Shown: positions 43,694-52,454 of the stretch, one piece after another
Position numbering within the stretch: the first letter of the stretch is position 1
Layout of the letters: every line of letters begins with the position of its first letter
Virus record (IMG/VR): IMGVR_UViG_3300012942_000055
Span: 1-53,717 of that record
Origin: a virus
Lineage: Duplodnaviria; Caudoviricetes
Reading direction: 5' to 3' (one strand)
Length of the DNA stretch: 53,717 nt
Position numbers and translations under genes: made by a program
Notes under the pieces: generated by a model
The model's database searches: none
Seen by the model: the letters and a program-made list of their open reading frames with translations, nothing else
Told to the model about the DNA's origin: nothing

Positions 43694-43861
43694 ATGGACG
43701 AAATACAAGAAACAGAAAATCAAATAGTAGTTGTCACATGTAGCACTGATGGTTGTGAGAATAAAAATGCAAAAATTCAACTTACAGTGCCCAAAGAAAA
43801 CCCAGACATATATTGTGGTGTATGTAGCGTTAATATTACAACATCGATACAAATAGTATAA
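43694..43861 (+). CDS. 55-aa Cys-rich protein (CSTDGC...CGVC)
   Basis: Not in the ORF track; ATG 5 nt after the tail tip stop, TAA at 43859-43861. Confidence 0.7.
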   Translation: MDEIQETENQIVVVTCSTDGCENKNAKIQLTVPKENPDIYCGVCSVNITTSIQIV

Positions 43862-43879
43862 AGAAAAGGAAAAGACATA

Positions 43880-44071
43880 ATGGACATTCAGATTCAAGAT
43901 ATCCTTAGTGGATATAAAGACCGCCTCTCAAATGCAGAGCACAATAACATTATCCTTGAAGCGCAGGTAAGTGCTGCGAATAAAACTATCGAGGAAAAGG
44001 ATGCTGAGATTGAAGAACTCAAAGCATCACTGACAGAACTGAAAAAGTCTGACGAAAAGGTATCAGAATAA
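43880..44071 (+). CDS. Small coiled-coil protein
   Basis: AAGGA SD; heptad pattern. Confidence 0.7.
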   Translation: MDIQIQDILSGYKDRLSNAEHNNIILEAQVSAANKTIEEKDAEIEELKASLTELKKSDEKVSE

Positions 44072-44073
44072 GA

Positions 44074-44103
44074 AAAAGCCCCTCTCTTTCAAGAGGGGCT
44101 TTT
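44074..44103. terminator. Bidirectional rho-independent terminator
   Basis: AAAAGCCCCTCT-CTTTCA-AGAGGGGCTTTT between convergent genes. Confidence 0.85.
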
Positions 44104-44104
44104 C

Positions 44105-44413
44105 TCAATCTTCTATTTCTGTTTCGTCGTACTGAACTCCCTGACTTATCAGAATTCTTCGATATTTAGCGGCGATATCTAAGGCGGCATCCCTTTCTTT
44201 TCTGATGACCTCATTGTATCTTTCCGCTTTCTCTGCTCGTGCTCTTTGGTTGTCCGCATCTTCTCGTGCGTTTTCAGCATCCTCATTGAGCCTTTGAAGC
44301 AATGCGGCTTCACTTGCCAACTTGGTGGAACTTAAATTTCTAAGGCCAATAATAATGGCTGTTAAGAATGTGGCACCACCTGCTGAAAGGAGAAGTCCCA
44401 AGAAGTTATTCAT
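44105..44413 (-). CDS. Single-TM plus coiled-coil membrane protein, holin-associated type (start reassigned to ATG 44413)
   Basis: MNNFLGLLLSAGGATFLTAIIIG followed by a charged coiled coil; GAGG SD. Confidence 0.65.
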   Translation of the reverse strand: MNNFLGLLLSAGGATFLTAIIIGLRNLSSTKLASEAALLQRLNEDAENAREDADNQRARAEKAERYNEVIRKERDAALDIAAKYRRILISQGVQYDETEIED

Positions 44414-44837
44414 TTTCCGCATCACCTCGGGAGAACAATTTGAGAGCGCGAACAAGACGTAAAGTTTCTATTGCTCGGGCAGCCAGTCCTCCTGAGAATG
44501 CCAAAACCACCAATGCTGCTGCTAGGGAATAATAGTGTCCTAGTTGGATTGCAGAATTACTTAATGTATATGAATACGAAATGTTTGCGACAATAAGTAG
44601 TGAGATTCCTCCTACTTCAAAATACCATAGTGGCCCAGAACTTTTTACAAAGCGCCTTGCTACTAAACTGACGGCGGCAACAATTCCGCCGACGATATAA
44701 AAAAGGCCAAATAGAACGGCAGTGACACCACTGGCGATTAGTTCTACTGTTGGCGGAGGGATCAACAAGAAAAAGAAACCGGCAGCGGACAGCAACAGAT
44801 ATGTAAATAATAAAGCGCCCGACGCCCTGGAAATCAT
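44406..44837 (-). CDS. 4-TM membrane protein, holin-like
   Basis: Four hydrophobic segments; AAGGA SD; overlaps the next minus-strand gene. Confidence 0.65.
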   Translation of the reverse strand: MISRASGALLFTYLLLSAAGFFFLLIPPPTVELIASGVTAVLFGLFYIVGGIVAAVSLVARRFVKSSGPLWYFEVGGISLLIVANISYSYTLSNSAIQLGHYYSLAAALVVLAFSGGLAARAIETLRLVRALKLFSRGDAENE

Positions 44838-44934
44838 ATGGTATCCTTAGAGTGCTAATAGGTCTCATGGACCTGTAGTAAAAGACAATTCAATTGTAAC
44901 ACAATTGAGGATTTAAGACTTATGACGAGGCACT

Positions 44935-45408
44935 ATGATTACAGTACAAGACGGCTTAAGAAACCTCAAATTTGAGGGAGAACTGCTAGCAGCAAGTTCC
45001 AGCCGCATTAAGAAAAAGTTCAGATGGGTAGAATTCCGTCTGTATCGAACCGAATCAGGACGATTCGTTATCTCTCGCGTCGGCGTGAGTATGATCTACC
45101 ACCAGAAAGCGTGCTCTGTCGTGTCACGCAACAATATTGCGCCAGTACCGTCCAACGCTATTGGAGTCAATCTTGTTCCATGCGACGATTGCCGACCTGA
45201 CAAAGATCACGATTACGAACTATACCCTGAAACTTCGCGCTACCACGCCCAGATTTTGGACACAGCCGAAGGTGTGGTATCATCCTTGAAGAAGTATGAC
45301 GAGTTCGGTACCGAGTACCTTACCATCGTTGCAAAGAAACTTCTCGAAGAAGCATCAAAGAAAGATAACGAAATTCATTCAGCATATTACGAAGAGTGGA
45401 TTGACTGA
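44935..45408 (+). CDS. Hypothetical protein (RWVEFRLYRT motif, Cys pair)
   Basis: GAGG SD; first gene of the replication block. Confidence 0.75.
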   Translation: MITVQDGLRNLKFEGELLAASSSRIKKKFRWVEFRLYRTESGRFVISRVGVSMIYHQKACSVVSRNNIAPVPSNAIGVNLVPCDDCRPDKDHDYELYPETSRYHAQILDTAEGVVSSLKKYDEFGTEYLTIVAKKLLEEASKKDNEIHSAYYEEWID

Positions 45409-45432
45409 ACTTAATTAAGGACAAAAAGACGA

Positions 45433-46218
45433 ATGTTGATTATCGTAGAACCGCCTGCCGGTGTGTCGTACGAACCCTTTGTCAATGGCATCACTGCACA
45501 TCTGGCAGACAACCCTAAAATCAAAATCAATGAAGTTGATGTACGTGGAGATATCTATGCATTCAGCGATGAAATCTCATCATACACACCTAGTACAAAA
45601 AATAATGTACTCATTCTCATTGGATCACATTACAGAGAATTTGCTCTAGATTCTCCCGAGTACCGAAACACTGAGTATGCTGTGCAGAAAAAAGGTGGAC
45701 TGGTCTGGGGAGGTAATGCGGGACATGACTCTTCCATCACCTACTCAGGAGACCTAGACACAGATGTAGAGCACGTACTTTCTGAGGCAGTATATGCTGA
45801 GGCTCGCGCCAGGCTTTTCAAAAAAGAAAGCGTGGGACTTACAGCACGTAGTTACTCCGATCCGCATACCATTTTGGTTGGAATTGGACTAACCTATCCT
45901 GCACTGTCTGCACAGAATAGGCACGTCATTGGGTCATTTCCTACCGAATGGTGGGAAGGTGTGGGCTTTACCCGAGGGACAAATCAAAAGCAATTGGAGA
46001 ATCTTATCTATTGGTATGATTCCACCAATTTTGTTGCTATTGGCGCAAATGCTGCTCAGGCTCTTGACGCCGCTGGCTACAGATCGCCCAAAGACGAAGC
46101 AGCAGGTGTTGCTCCACTAGTTAAAGATATCTACAAGAAAGATTCAAAGAACCGTTACGGTATCCTTCTGAGAAATCTTGCTACGCACCCGGAGAACGCA
46201 CTGGACTGGACGCCATGA
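45433..46218 (+). CDS. Hypothetical protein, possibly a degenerate dNMP-kinase/UDG-like fusion
   Basis: N-terminal MLIIVEPPAG resembles a kinase first strand without GK[ST]; C-terminal ILVG..VAIG..A..AL..HP. Confidence 0.6.
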   Translation: MLIIVEPPAGVSYEPFVNGITAHLADNPKIKINEVDVRGDIYAFSDEISSYTPSTKNNVLILIGSHYREFALDSPEYRNTEYAVQKKGGLVWGGNAGHDSSITYSGDLDTDVEHVLSEAVYAEARARLFKKESVGLTARSYSDPHTILVGIGLTYPALSAQNRHVIGSFPTEWWEGVGFTRGTNQKQLENLIYWYDSTNFVAIGANAAQALDAAGYRSPKDEAAGVAPLVKDIYKKDSKNRYGILLRNLATHPENALDWTP

Positions 46219-46709
46219 CCCAAGCCACTTGGGATCAAACATGGATGAAAGTTGCACTGGCAATGTCAGAGCGTTCCAAATGTGTTCGCGCTACTGTAGG
46301 ATGCGTGATCGTCTCTGCGGACCAGCGAGTCATCTCTTCGGCGTATAATGGCCCTCCGGCTGGATTTCCAGCGGAGGGACCATGCTCTGATTGGTGTCCT
46401 CGCGCACAGGCTGGCGGTGGTGGGTCTCCGACCTACGATGACTGCCATGCGGTGCACTCGGAGACAAATGCCATTATCAGAGCAGATCACCAGGAACTAC
46501 GCGGAGCAACCGTGTACGTTACATCTTCCATATGTAAGGGTTGTGCCAAGGTGGTTGCAAACTCTGGCGTAACAAGGGTTGTGCACATCGTAGATGATGA
46601 GGTACACTGGTACCGGAACAACTCCGAGACTGAACAATTCCTTGTGGATTGTGGCTTGGAGATTGTTAGATGGAAAGCGACGGAGGATAATGAAGGGGAT
46701 CAACCCTAG
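46215..46709 (+). CDS. dCMP deaminase
   Basis: SERSKCVRATVGCVI, YNGPP, HSETNAI and CKGCAK zinc-deaminase motifs. Confidence 0.9.
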   Translation: MTQATWDQTWMKVALAMSERSKCVRATVGCVIVSADQRVISSAYNGPPAGFPAEGPCSDWCPRAQAGGGGSPTYDDCHAVHSETNAIIRADHQELRGATVYVTSSICKGCAKVVANSGVTRVVHIVDDEVHWYRNNSETEQFLVDCGLEIVRWKATEDNEGDQP

Positions 46710-48489
46710 TACTGAGTTTCACCTTGTAAACGACATTGAGACTGCCTGGGCGATGAAACGCTGGCTCTCAGAGAGTCGTCGTGATGTTATAGGTCTCGAC
46801 ACTGAGACCTCTGGCCTCAATCCGTACGCTCCCGATGCTGAACTACGAATGGTTCAAATTGGTGACCGTACTGCTGGTTGGGCAATTCCTTGGAAAGAGT
46901 GGGGCGGGGTTGCCCTAGAAGTTCTCAACGCTTGGGACGGTGAGTGGACACTCCACAACCTAGCATTCGATGAGAAATGGCTTCGTATCCACGCAGGGTG
47001 GCAAATCCCCTGGCACAAGGCACATGACACTCTTATCATGTACAACATGCTCTACCCAGGGCAGCCTGCATCCCTCAAGTTCATCACGGATAAGCACATT
47101 GATCCTCGTGCGTCTGTAGGTCAGAAGATTCTTGATGAGGCTATGAAGAAAGAGGGTTGGGGTTGGCACAACATCCCTACGGATTTTGGACCGTATGCGA
47201 TGTACTCTGCCCTTGACCCGGTACTGGCTGTTCACATCTGGGACTTTCTTCGTGCAGACAAGAAATTCCCAAAGAGTTACGACCTAGAAATGTCAACTCT
47301 TCGTATCTGTTCAGGTATGGAAGACCGTGGCATTAACATTGACGTGGACTACTGTGAGCAACAGCGAGACAAACTCAACGAGTACGTAGAGAAGTCAAAG
47401 AAATGGGCAAAGGATGAGTATGGTGTCAACATTGGCTCCACGCAAAGTCTAGCCGCGTTCTACCAGAACACTCTCAATGCTCACATTGAGAAGCGCACCC
47501 CTGGCGGAGCACCAAGCATGGACAAGGAATCCTTGGACAATATGCTTCTTTCTGATGATCCGTCCGTTGTAGAGTTCACCAAGTTCGTCCTCAATGTTCG
47601 TAAAGCGGATAAGATTCGTGGATCGTACTTCGAGAACTTCCTTCGTGATCACACCAATGGTTTGCTCCATCCGTCAATTAAGACAATGCGTGCCGTTACA
47701 GGTCGTATGTCTATTACGGACCCAGCGCTACAGACTCTACACTCCAATGACTCGATTGTTCGTAACGCCGTTGTGCCACGCGAAGGTCAAGTCATCATGT
47801 CCTCTGACTTGGACCAAGTAGAATTCCGCGTATTCGCACACCTATCTGATGACGAAGCCCTCATTGAGACCTTCAAAAAGGCTGACGATACCGGGTCTGA
47901 TGCATTCACGGAGATTGGTGCTCAGGTTTACCAGGAACCTAACTTCCAGAAATCTGATCCACGACGTAAACTCATTAAGTCTACGATCTACGGTAAACTC
48001 TATGGCTCTGGTATTGCTAAGATGGCGCAAACCGCAGGAGTTCCATTCGAGGATATGAAGAAGGTTTCTGATGACCTCAATGCTGCATACCCTGGTATGA
48101 ACAGGTATGCTAAAGAGGTTGAGCAAATTCTTAGCAACCGTATGGCTGTGGAGAAGTACCCGTACATCGAAACCGTAGTCACTGGTCGTAGGGTTCCTGT
48201 AGAAGAGGATCGACTCTATTCAGGAGTTAACTACACAATTCAATCCAGTGCTGCTGAGATTTTCAAGAGCAATCTTGTCAAACTTGACGCAGCAGGACTT
48301 TCGGATAACTTCGTTGTTCCAGTTCACGATGAGATTATTGTTTCTATCGATCCTGGTGACGTAGAGGAAGTCAAGCAAATCTTGCGAGAGAACATGACAA
48401 CCTCTGAGGGCTGGGCTGTGCCGCTCTCTGCTGATGTGGAAGGCCCCTTTGCTCGATCCTGGGGAGAGAAGTATGAAAAGAACCACTAA
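46690..48489 (+). CDS. polA: Family A DNA polymerase with 3'-5' exonuclease (start reassigned to ATG 46690)
   Basis: Exonuclease DTET, HNLAFD, YSALD; motif A DLDQVEFR, motif B RKLIKSTIYGKLYG, motif C PVHDEI; GGAGG just upstream. Confidence 0.93.
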   Translation: MKGINPSTEFHLVNDIETAWAMKRWLSESRRDVIGLDTETSGLNPYAPDAELRMVQIGDRTAGWAIPWKEWGGVALEVLNAWDGEWTLHNLAFDEKWLRIHAGWQIPWHKAHDTLIMYNMLYPGQPASLKFITDKHIDPRASVGQKILDEAMKKEGWGWHNIPTDFGPYAMYSALDPVLAVHIWDFLRADKKFPKSYDLEMSTLRICSGMEDRGINIDVDYCEQQRDKLNEYVEKSKKWAKDEYGVNIGSTQSLAAFYQNTLNAHIEKRTPGGAPSMDKESLDNMLLSDDPSVVEFTKFVLNVRKADKIRGSYFENFLRDHTNGLLHPSIKTMRAVTGRMSITDPALQTLHSNDSIVRNAVVPREGQVIMSSDLDQVEFRVFAHLSDDEALIETFKKADDTGSDAFTEIGAQVYQEPNFQKSDPRRKLIKSTIYGKLYGSGIAKMAQTAGVPFEDMKKVSDDLNAAYPGMNRYAKEVEQILSNRMAVEKYPYIETVVTGRRVPVEEDRLYSGVNYTIQSSAAEIFKSNLVKLDAAGLSDNFVVPVHDEIIVSIDPGDVEEVKQILRENMTTSEGWAVPLSADVEGPFARSWGEKYEKNH

Positions 48490-48934
48490 ACTCATTGCTA
48501 TTGATCCTGGAAAAGCAACAGGTTTTGCAGTTATTGATTTCGAAGATATGGACAACATTTCAGTTGTCCAGTCTTCGGAACTGGAACAGTACGAGACTTG
48601 TGAAACAGTGGAGAAGTTGCTAGAGGAAGATGCATCTTCATACGAAATTGTGATGGAGAAATTTACCATTACAACTCAAACAGGCAAGAATACCAATGGC
48701 GGAAACTGGTCTCCGGAAATCATTGGTTGCGTGCGATATTTCGCACAAAAATTTGATGTACCTTTTACGGAGCAGACACCCGCAGAAGCCAAGAAATTCG
48801 TCCCAAATGATCGTATGAAGGCCGTAGGCATCTGGCACGTAGGCGGAGAGGGTCACGCCCGTGACGCCCTCAGACACGGCGTTCTGTACCTCGTAAAGCA
48901 TAAAGGATGGAGACCTGAGGGTTTGCTCGGTTGA
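48473..48934 (+). CDS. RuvC-like Holliday junction resolvase (start reassigned to ATG 48473)
   Basis: IAIDPGKATG, IVMEKF and HARDA motifs of the RNase H fold. Confidence 0.8.
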   Translation: MKRTTKLIAIDPGKATGFAVIDFEDMDNISVVQSSELEQYETCETVEKLLEEDASSYEIVMEKFTITTQTGKNTNGGNWSPEIIGCVRYFAQKFDVPFTEQTPAEAKKFVPNDRMKAVGIWHVGGEGHARDALRHGVLYLVKHKGWRPEGLLG

Positions 48935-48959
48935 CTTGCCTGATCAGGCATGTTACACT
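48931..48959 (+). promoter_or_regulatory. SigA-type promoter TTGACT-N17-TACACT with a 14-bp palindrome in the spacer
   Basis: TTGACT 48931-48936, TGCCTGATCAGGCA 48937-48950, TACACT 48954-48959. Confidence 0.65.
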
Positions 48960-48982
48960 GAGACAAAGACGAAAGGAAGCAA

Positions 48983-50794
48983 GTGTCAGTAAACGTTGAA
49001 CTACAAGATGAGAGTCGTATTGCTATCGACGCTCCGTTTCGGTTCAAAGACTTGATCACTGCGCTCCCAGGTAGTAAGTACAAGGCAGGGGCATGGACAG
49101 TGCCTCTGTCTTGGCCTATGTGTATCGCACTTCGAACCACGTTCAAAGACGATTTAACTATTGGCCCAGAACTTTCTAAATGGGCGGCTCAGTGGCGTAC
49201 AGATCGTATTGTTCCTGGGTATGAACTACGTAATGCTCTAGATGCAGAAGGATCAGATAAATTCTATCCCCACCAAAGAGCAGGTATTAAGTTCCTCTCC
49301 GCAATTCATCGCGGACTACTTTGTGATGGTCTAGGGTCTGGTAAAACCTACACCTCCTTTGGTGCTCTAGACGCTCTCAACAAGGCAGGAGAGGATGTTT
49401 TCCCTGCTCTGGTCGTCTGCCCCAACTCCACCAAGTTCGGCTGGCAGAGAGCCATACAGGACATAAATCCAGACCTTAAAGTGGTGGTTGTCCAGGGAAC
49501 ATCGGTCCAGCGACGCAAGCAACTTAATAGTGACTTTGATGTTGCTATTATTAACTGGGAAGCGGTGAAATCTCACTCTCGAATTGCTCCTTATGGTTCT
49601 AATGCCATCAAGAAATGTAAAGAGTGTGGAGGCTTGCAATCTTCGGTAACCGAGGCACAATGCCAAGCCCACGAACGAGAACTTAACCGTATCGATTTCA
49701 AATCAATCATTGCCGATGAGGCGCACCGTATGAAGTCTGGAAGTGCGCTGGCTACCCGTGCACTCAAGGCTGCAACCGGAGATGCTGAGTACAGGTTTGC
49801 CCTCACAGGCACGCCTATCGCTAATGCTCCGGATGATCTATGGAGCATTCTCAACTGGCTCTACCCAGAAGCATACCCGTCCAAGGTCAAGTACATTGAC
49901 CGCTATTTGGAGACCGCGTATAACGTCTGGGGTGCATCTGTTGTTATTGGTGTACGTCAAGGTATGGAGAAAGAGTTCTTTGCTGGACTTGACCCTATTC
50001 TTCGTCGTATGCCTAAAGAAGCAATCCTTAAGAATCTTCCTCCTGTTACGTATGAACGACGTGACGTGGAAATGTCTCCTAAGCAAAAGAAGGCTTACGA
50101 GACCATGAAGGCTCAGATGATTGCAGACATTGATGGTGGACTTCTCATTAACACTAACCCAATGACACAGATGACGAGACTATTGCAGTTTGCCACGTGT
50201 TACGGTGAAGTTAAGAATGAGATGAAGTACAACCCAACCACGGGTCAAGATGAACCGCATCAAGTGGTAACATTGACCGATCCATCGGCTAAGTTGGATG
50301 CATTCATGGATGACATTGACTCATTCGGAGACGAGTCTGTGGTAGTGTTCTCACCGTCCAAACAGGTAATCAATCTCCTTGCAAAGCGACTTGACAAGGC
50401 CAAGATTTCCTATGGTAGAATCACTGGTGACGAAGACTCCTTCGAGCGTCAATTCCACATGGATAACTTCCAGAATGGTAAAACCAAGTTCATCTTGTGC
50501 ACCACAGGAGCCGGTGGAACGGGTGTCACGCTCACCAAGGGCAGCATTGCTGTTTACCTTGGTCGTCCTTGGTCTTCTGTTGAGTCTGAGCAATCTGAGG
50601 GTCGTGTACACCGAATTGGCTCGGAGATTCATGAAAAAATCATCTACCGTGATTACGTGACGAAGGATACCGTTGAAGAGGCTGTGTTCTCTGCTCTTGA
50701 CCGTAAGAGTGATCAACTACAGTCCATTTTGAGGGACAAGGATATGCTCAAGCGTGTTCTTGAAACTAATCAAGTACCAGAAGAGGATAAATGA
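48983..50794 (+). CDS. SNF2-family (SF2) helicase
   Basis: DGLGSGKT, DEAH, LTGTP and QSEGRVHRIG motifs. Confidence 0.92.
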   Translation: MSVNVELQDESRIAIDAPFRFKDLITALPGSKYKAGAWTVPLSWPMCIALRTTFKDDLTIGPELSKWAAQWRTDRIVPGYELRNALDAEGSDKFYPHQRAGIKFLSAIHRGLLCDGLGSGKTYTSFGALDALNKAGEDVFPALVVCPNSTKFGWQRAIQDINPDLKVVVVQGTSVQRRKQLNSDFDVAIINWEAVKSHSRIAPYGSNAIKKCKECGGLQSSVTEAQCQAHERELNRIDFKSIIADEAHRMKSGSALATRALKAATGDAEYRFALTGTPIANAPDDLWSILNWLYPEAYPSKVKYIDRYLETAYNVWGASVVIGVRQGMEKEFFAGLDPILRRMPKEAILKNLPPVTYERRDVEMSPKQKKAYETMKAQMIADIDGGLLINTNPMTQMTRLLQFATCYGEVKNEMKYNPTTGQDEPHQVVTLTDPSAKLDAFMDDIDSFGDESVVVFSPSKQVINLLAKRLDKAKISYGRITGDEDSFERQFHMDNFQNGKTKFILCTTGAGGTGVTLTKGSIAVYLGRPWSSVESEQSEGRVHRIGSEIHEKIIYRDYVTKDTVEEAVFSALDRKSDQLQSILRDKDMLKRVLETNQVPEEDK

Positions 50795-51486
50795 CGACAG
50801 ACGCGACCTTTAGGTCAGACGTTAAAGTCGAACTGGTAGACTTCCTCGGAGGCGATATGCGGGCTGTTCAGGCAGCCCGCGTGTCCACCAAGGGAGCCGG
50901 TTCGATGGAAGAACAAAAAGGCGGAGAGGGCCTAATCAACTATCTCATGCGAGACGGACACCACGTTCCGTTTGAGCATACAGTCTTTACTTTCTACGTA
51001 GAGGCTCCAATTTTCGTGACTCGTCAACTCCTTAAGCACAGAATTAGTAGCATTTCCGAAGAATCTGGCCGCTATCGAGAACTTAAAGGCGTATTTTACG
51101 TTCCTGCGGATACCCGTGCTGTCAAGCAGGTAGGGAAGACCGGAGACTACGTTTTCGCGTACGACGCTGATGCCTGGAAAAATGCTGCATCAGAGATTCG
51201 TCAGGCTTCCGAGAAATCTTGGAAATCATACGAATGGATGCTAGAGAATGGAATTTCCAAGGAAGTTGCTCGTATGGTGCTTCCTGTTAACCTATATAGC
51301 AGCATGTACTTTACTGTGAATGCTCGCAGCCTGATGAACATTGTCAAATTGCGTACTTCTGTGGTAGGATCACATCCTCAGTACGAAATTGAGCAGGTAG
51401 GATTGGCAATGGAGCAGATTTGGAAAGAAACTTCTCCGCTCACCTATGCTGCATTCGAAAAGACGTTAGGAAGCGAATCTCATTGA
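50791..51486 (+). CDS. thyX: FAD-dependent thymidylate synthase
   Basis: H.VPFEH, RQLLKHRISSISEESGRY, EVARMVLP, NARSL and HPQYEI motifs. Confidence 0.93.
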   Translation: MTTDATFRSDVKVELVDFLGGDMRAVQAARVSTKGAGSMEEQKGGEGLINYLMRDGHHVPFEHTVFTFYVEAPIFVTRQLLKHRISSISEESGRYRELKGVFYVPADTRAVKQVGKTGDYVFAYDADAWKNAASEIRQASEKSWKSYEWMLENGISKEVARMVLPVNLYSSMYFTVNARSLMNIVKLRTSVVGSHPQYEIEQVGLAMEQIWKETSPLTYAAFEKTLGSESH

Positions 51487-52454
51487 TTTCACAAGAGCCA
51501 TATCTAGGCAGGCACCCAGACTTTGCGATTCCTGTCTCAAATTCTGAAATCCAAACGTTCAAGGATTGTCGCCGCAGGTGGTGGCTCACGTACTATCGTG
51601 GTCTTTCTCGTAAACAGAAGACCACGATGGGTCCGCTCCCGCTTGGGTCTCGTGTGCACAACTCACTAGAGGCATTCTACAAAGATGGTAGCAACCCTGT
51701 TGAAGTCTACAAGGCATTACTTGAAGTAGACGAAAATCTTTTTGCCATGTCTGAGGACTACAACGACGAGGCAATGCATAAAAAGTTCGAGTCTGAGGCT
51801 GAACTAGGCCGTCTTATGTTGGAGGGATACCTCGAATGGTTGGACGAGACCGGAGCAGATGCTCAATATGAAGTAGTCTCAGTGGAGAACAAAATTTCTA
51901 CCATCATTCATGACGGTAGGGTGGAACTACAGGGTAAGACTGATATGATCGTCCGAGATAAAATGGATGGTGCACGTCTTATTCTTGACCACAAAACTGC
52001 TGCAACGTTCAACGATTATTACAAGACTTCTCACATGAGTGAGCAACTTATGCTCTACTGCATGATTGAGAAGATGCGCGATGACGGAGACTTGACACCC
52101 GTTGAGGGTGGCGTGTATAATCTACTGCGTAAGACCAAAAGAACTGCAACAGCAAAGCCACCATTTTATGAGCGAATTACGGTAAGATTCAATACCGAAA
52201 CGCTGCGATCCTACTGGGTTCGCGTAAACGGCGTAGTTCGTGATATGATGGCTGTAAGAGACGCATTGGACGCAGGAGAAGATCACAAATACGTGGCTTA
52301 TCCTTCACCGACGAAAGACTGTACATGGAAATGTCCTTTCTTCCAGGCATGTCCAATGTTCGATGACGGATCGTCAGTTGAGAGTTGGCTGACGGAATTT
52401 ACGGAGCAACATAATCCGTATGAGCGATATGAAGACAATGGAGATAAAGAATGA
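51483..52454 (+). CDS. Cas4/RecB-like PD-(D/E)xK exonuclease (likely TTG start at 51483)
   Basis: S.SEIQTFKDC.R, GSRVH, GKTD, DHKT, QLMLY and C-terminal CTWKCPFFQAC. Confidence 0.85.
   Translation: MISQEPYLGRHPDFAIPVSNSEIQTFKDCRRRWWLTYYRGLSRKQKTTMGPLPLGSRVHNSLEAFYKDGSNPVEVYKALLEVDENLFAMSEDYNDEAMHKKFESEAELGRLMLEGYLEWLDETGADAQYEVVSVENKISTIIHDGRVELQGKTDMIVRDKMDGARLILDHKTAATFNDYYKTSHMSEQLMLYCMIEKMRDDGDLTPVEGGVYNLLRKTKRTATAKPPFYERITVRFNTETLRSYWVRVNGVVRDMMAVRDALDAGEDHKYVAYPSPTKDCTWKCPFFQACPMFDDGSSVESWLTEFTEQHNPYERYEDNGDKE

Noticed and set aside
37947-51482. ORF-track upstream starts at 37947, 44455, 46594, 48434 and 51420
   Set aside because: They create long overlaps with neighbouring genes; downstream starts (38043, 44413, 46690, 48473, 51483) have better SD, coupling or paralog support.
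51483-52454. Cas4-like nuclease as evidence of a CRISPR-Cas system
   Set aside because: No cas1/cas2 or array; context with an AAA ATPase and DUF669-like gene is a typical phage recombination module.
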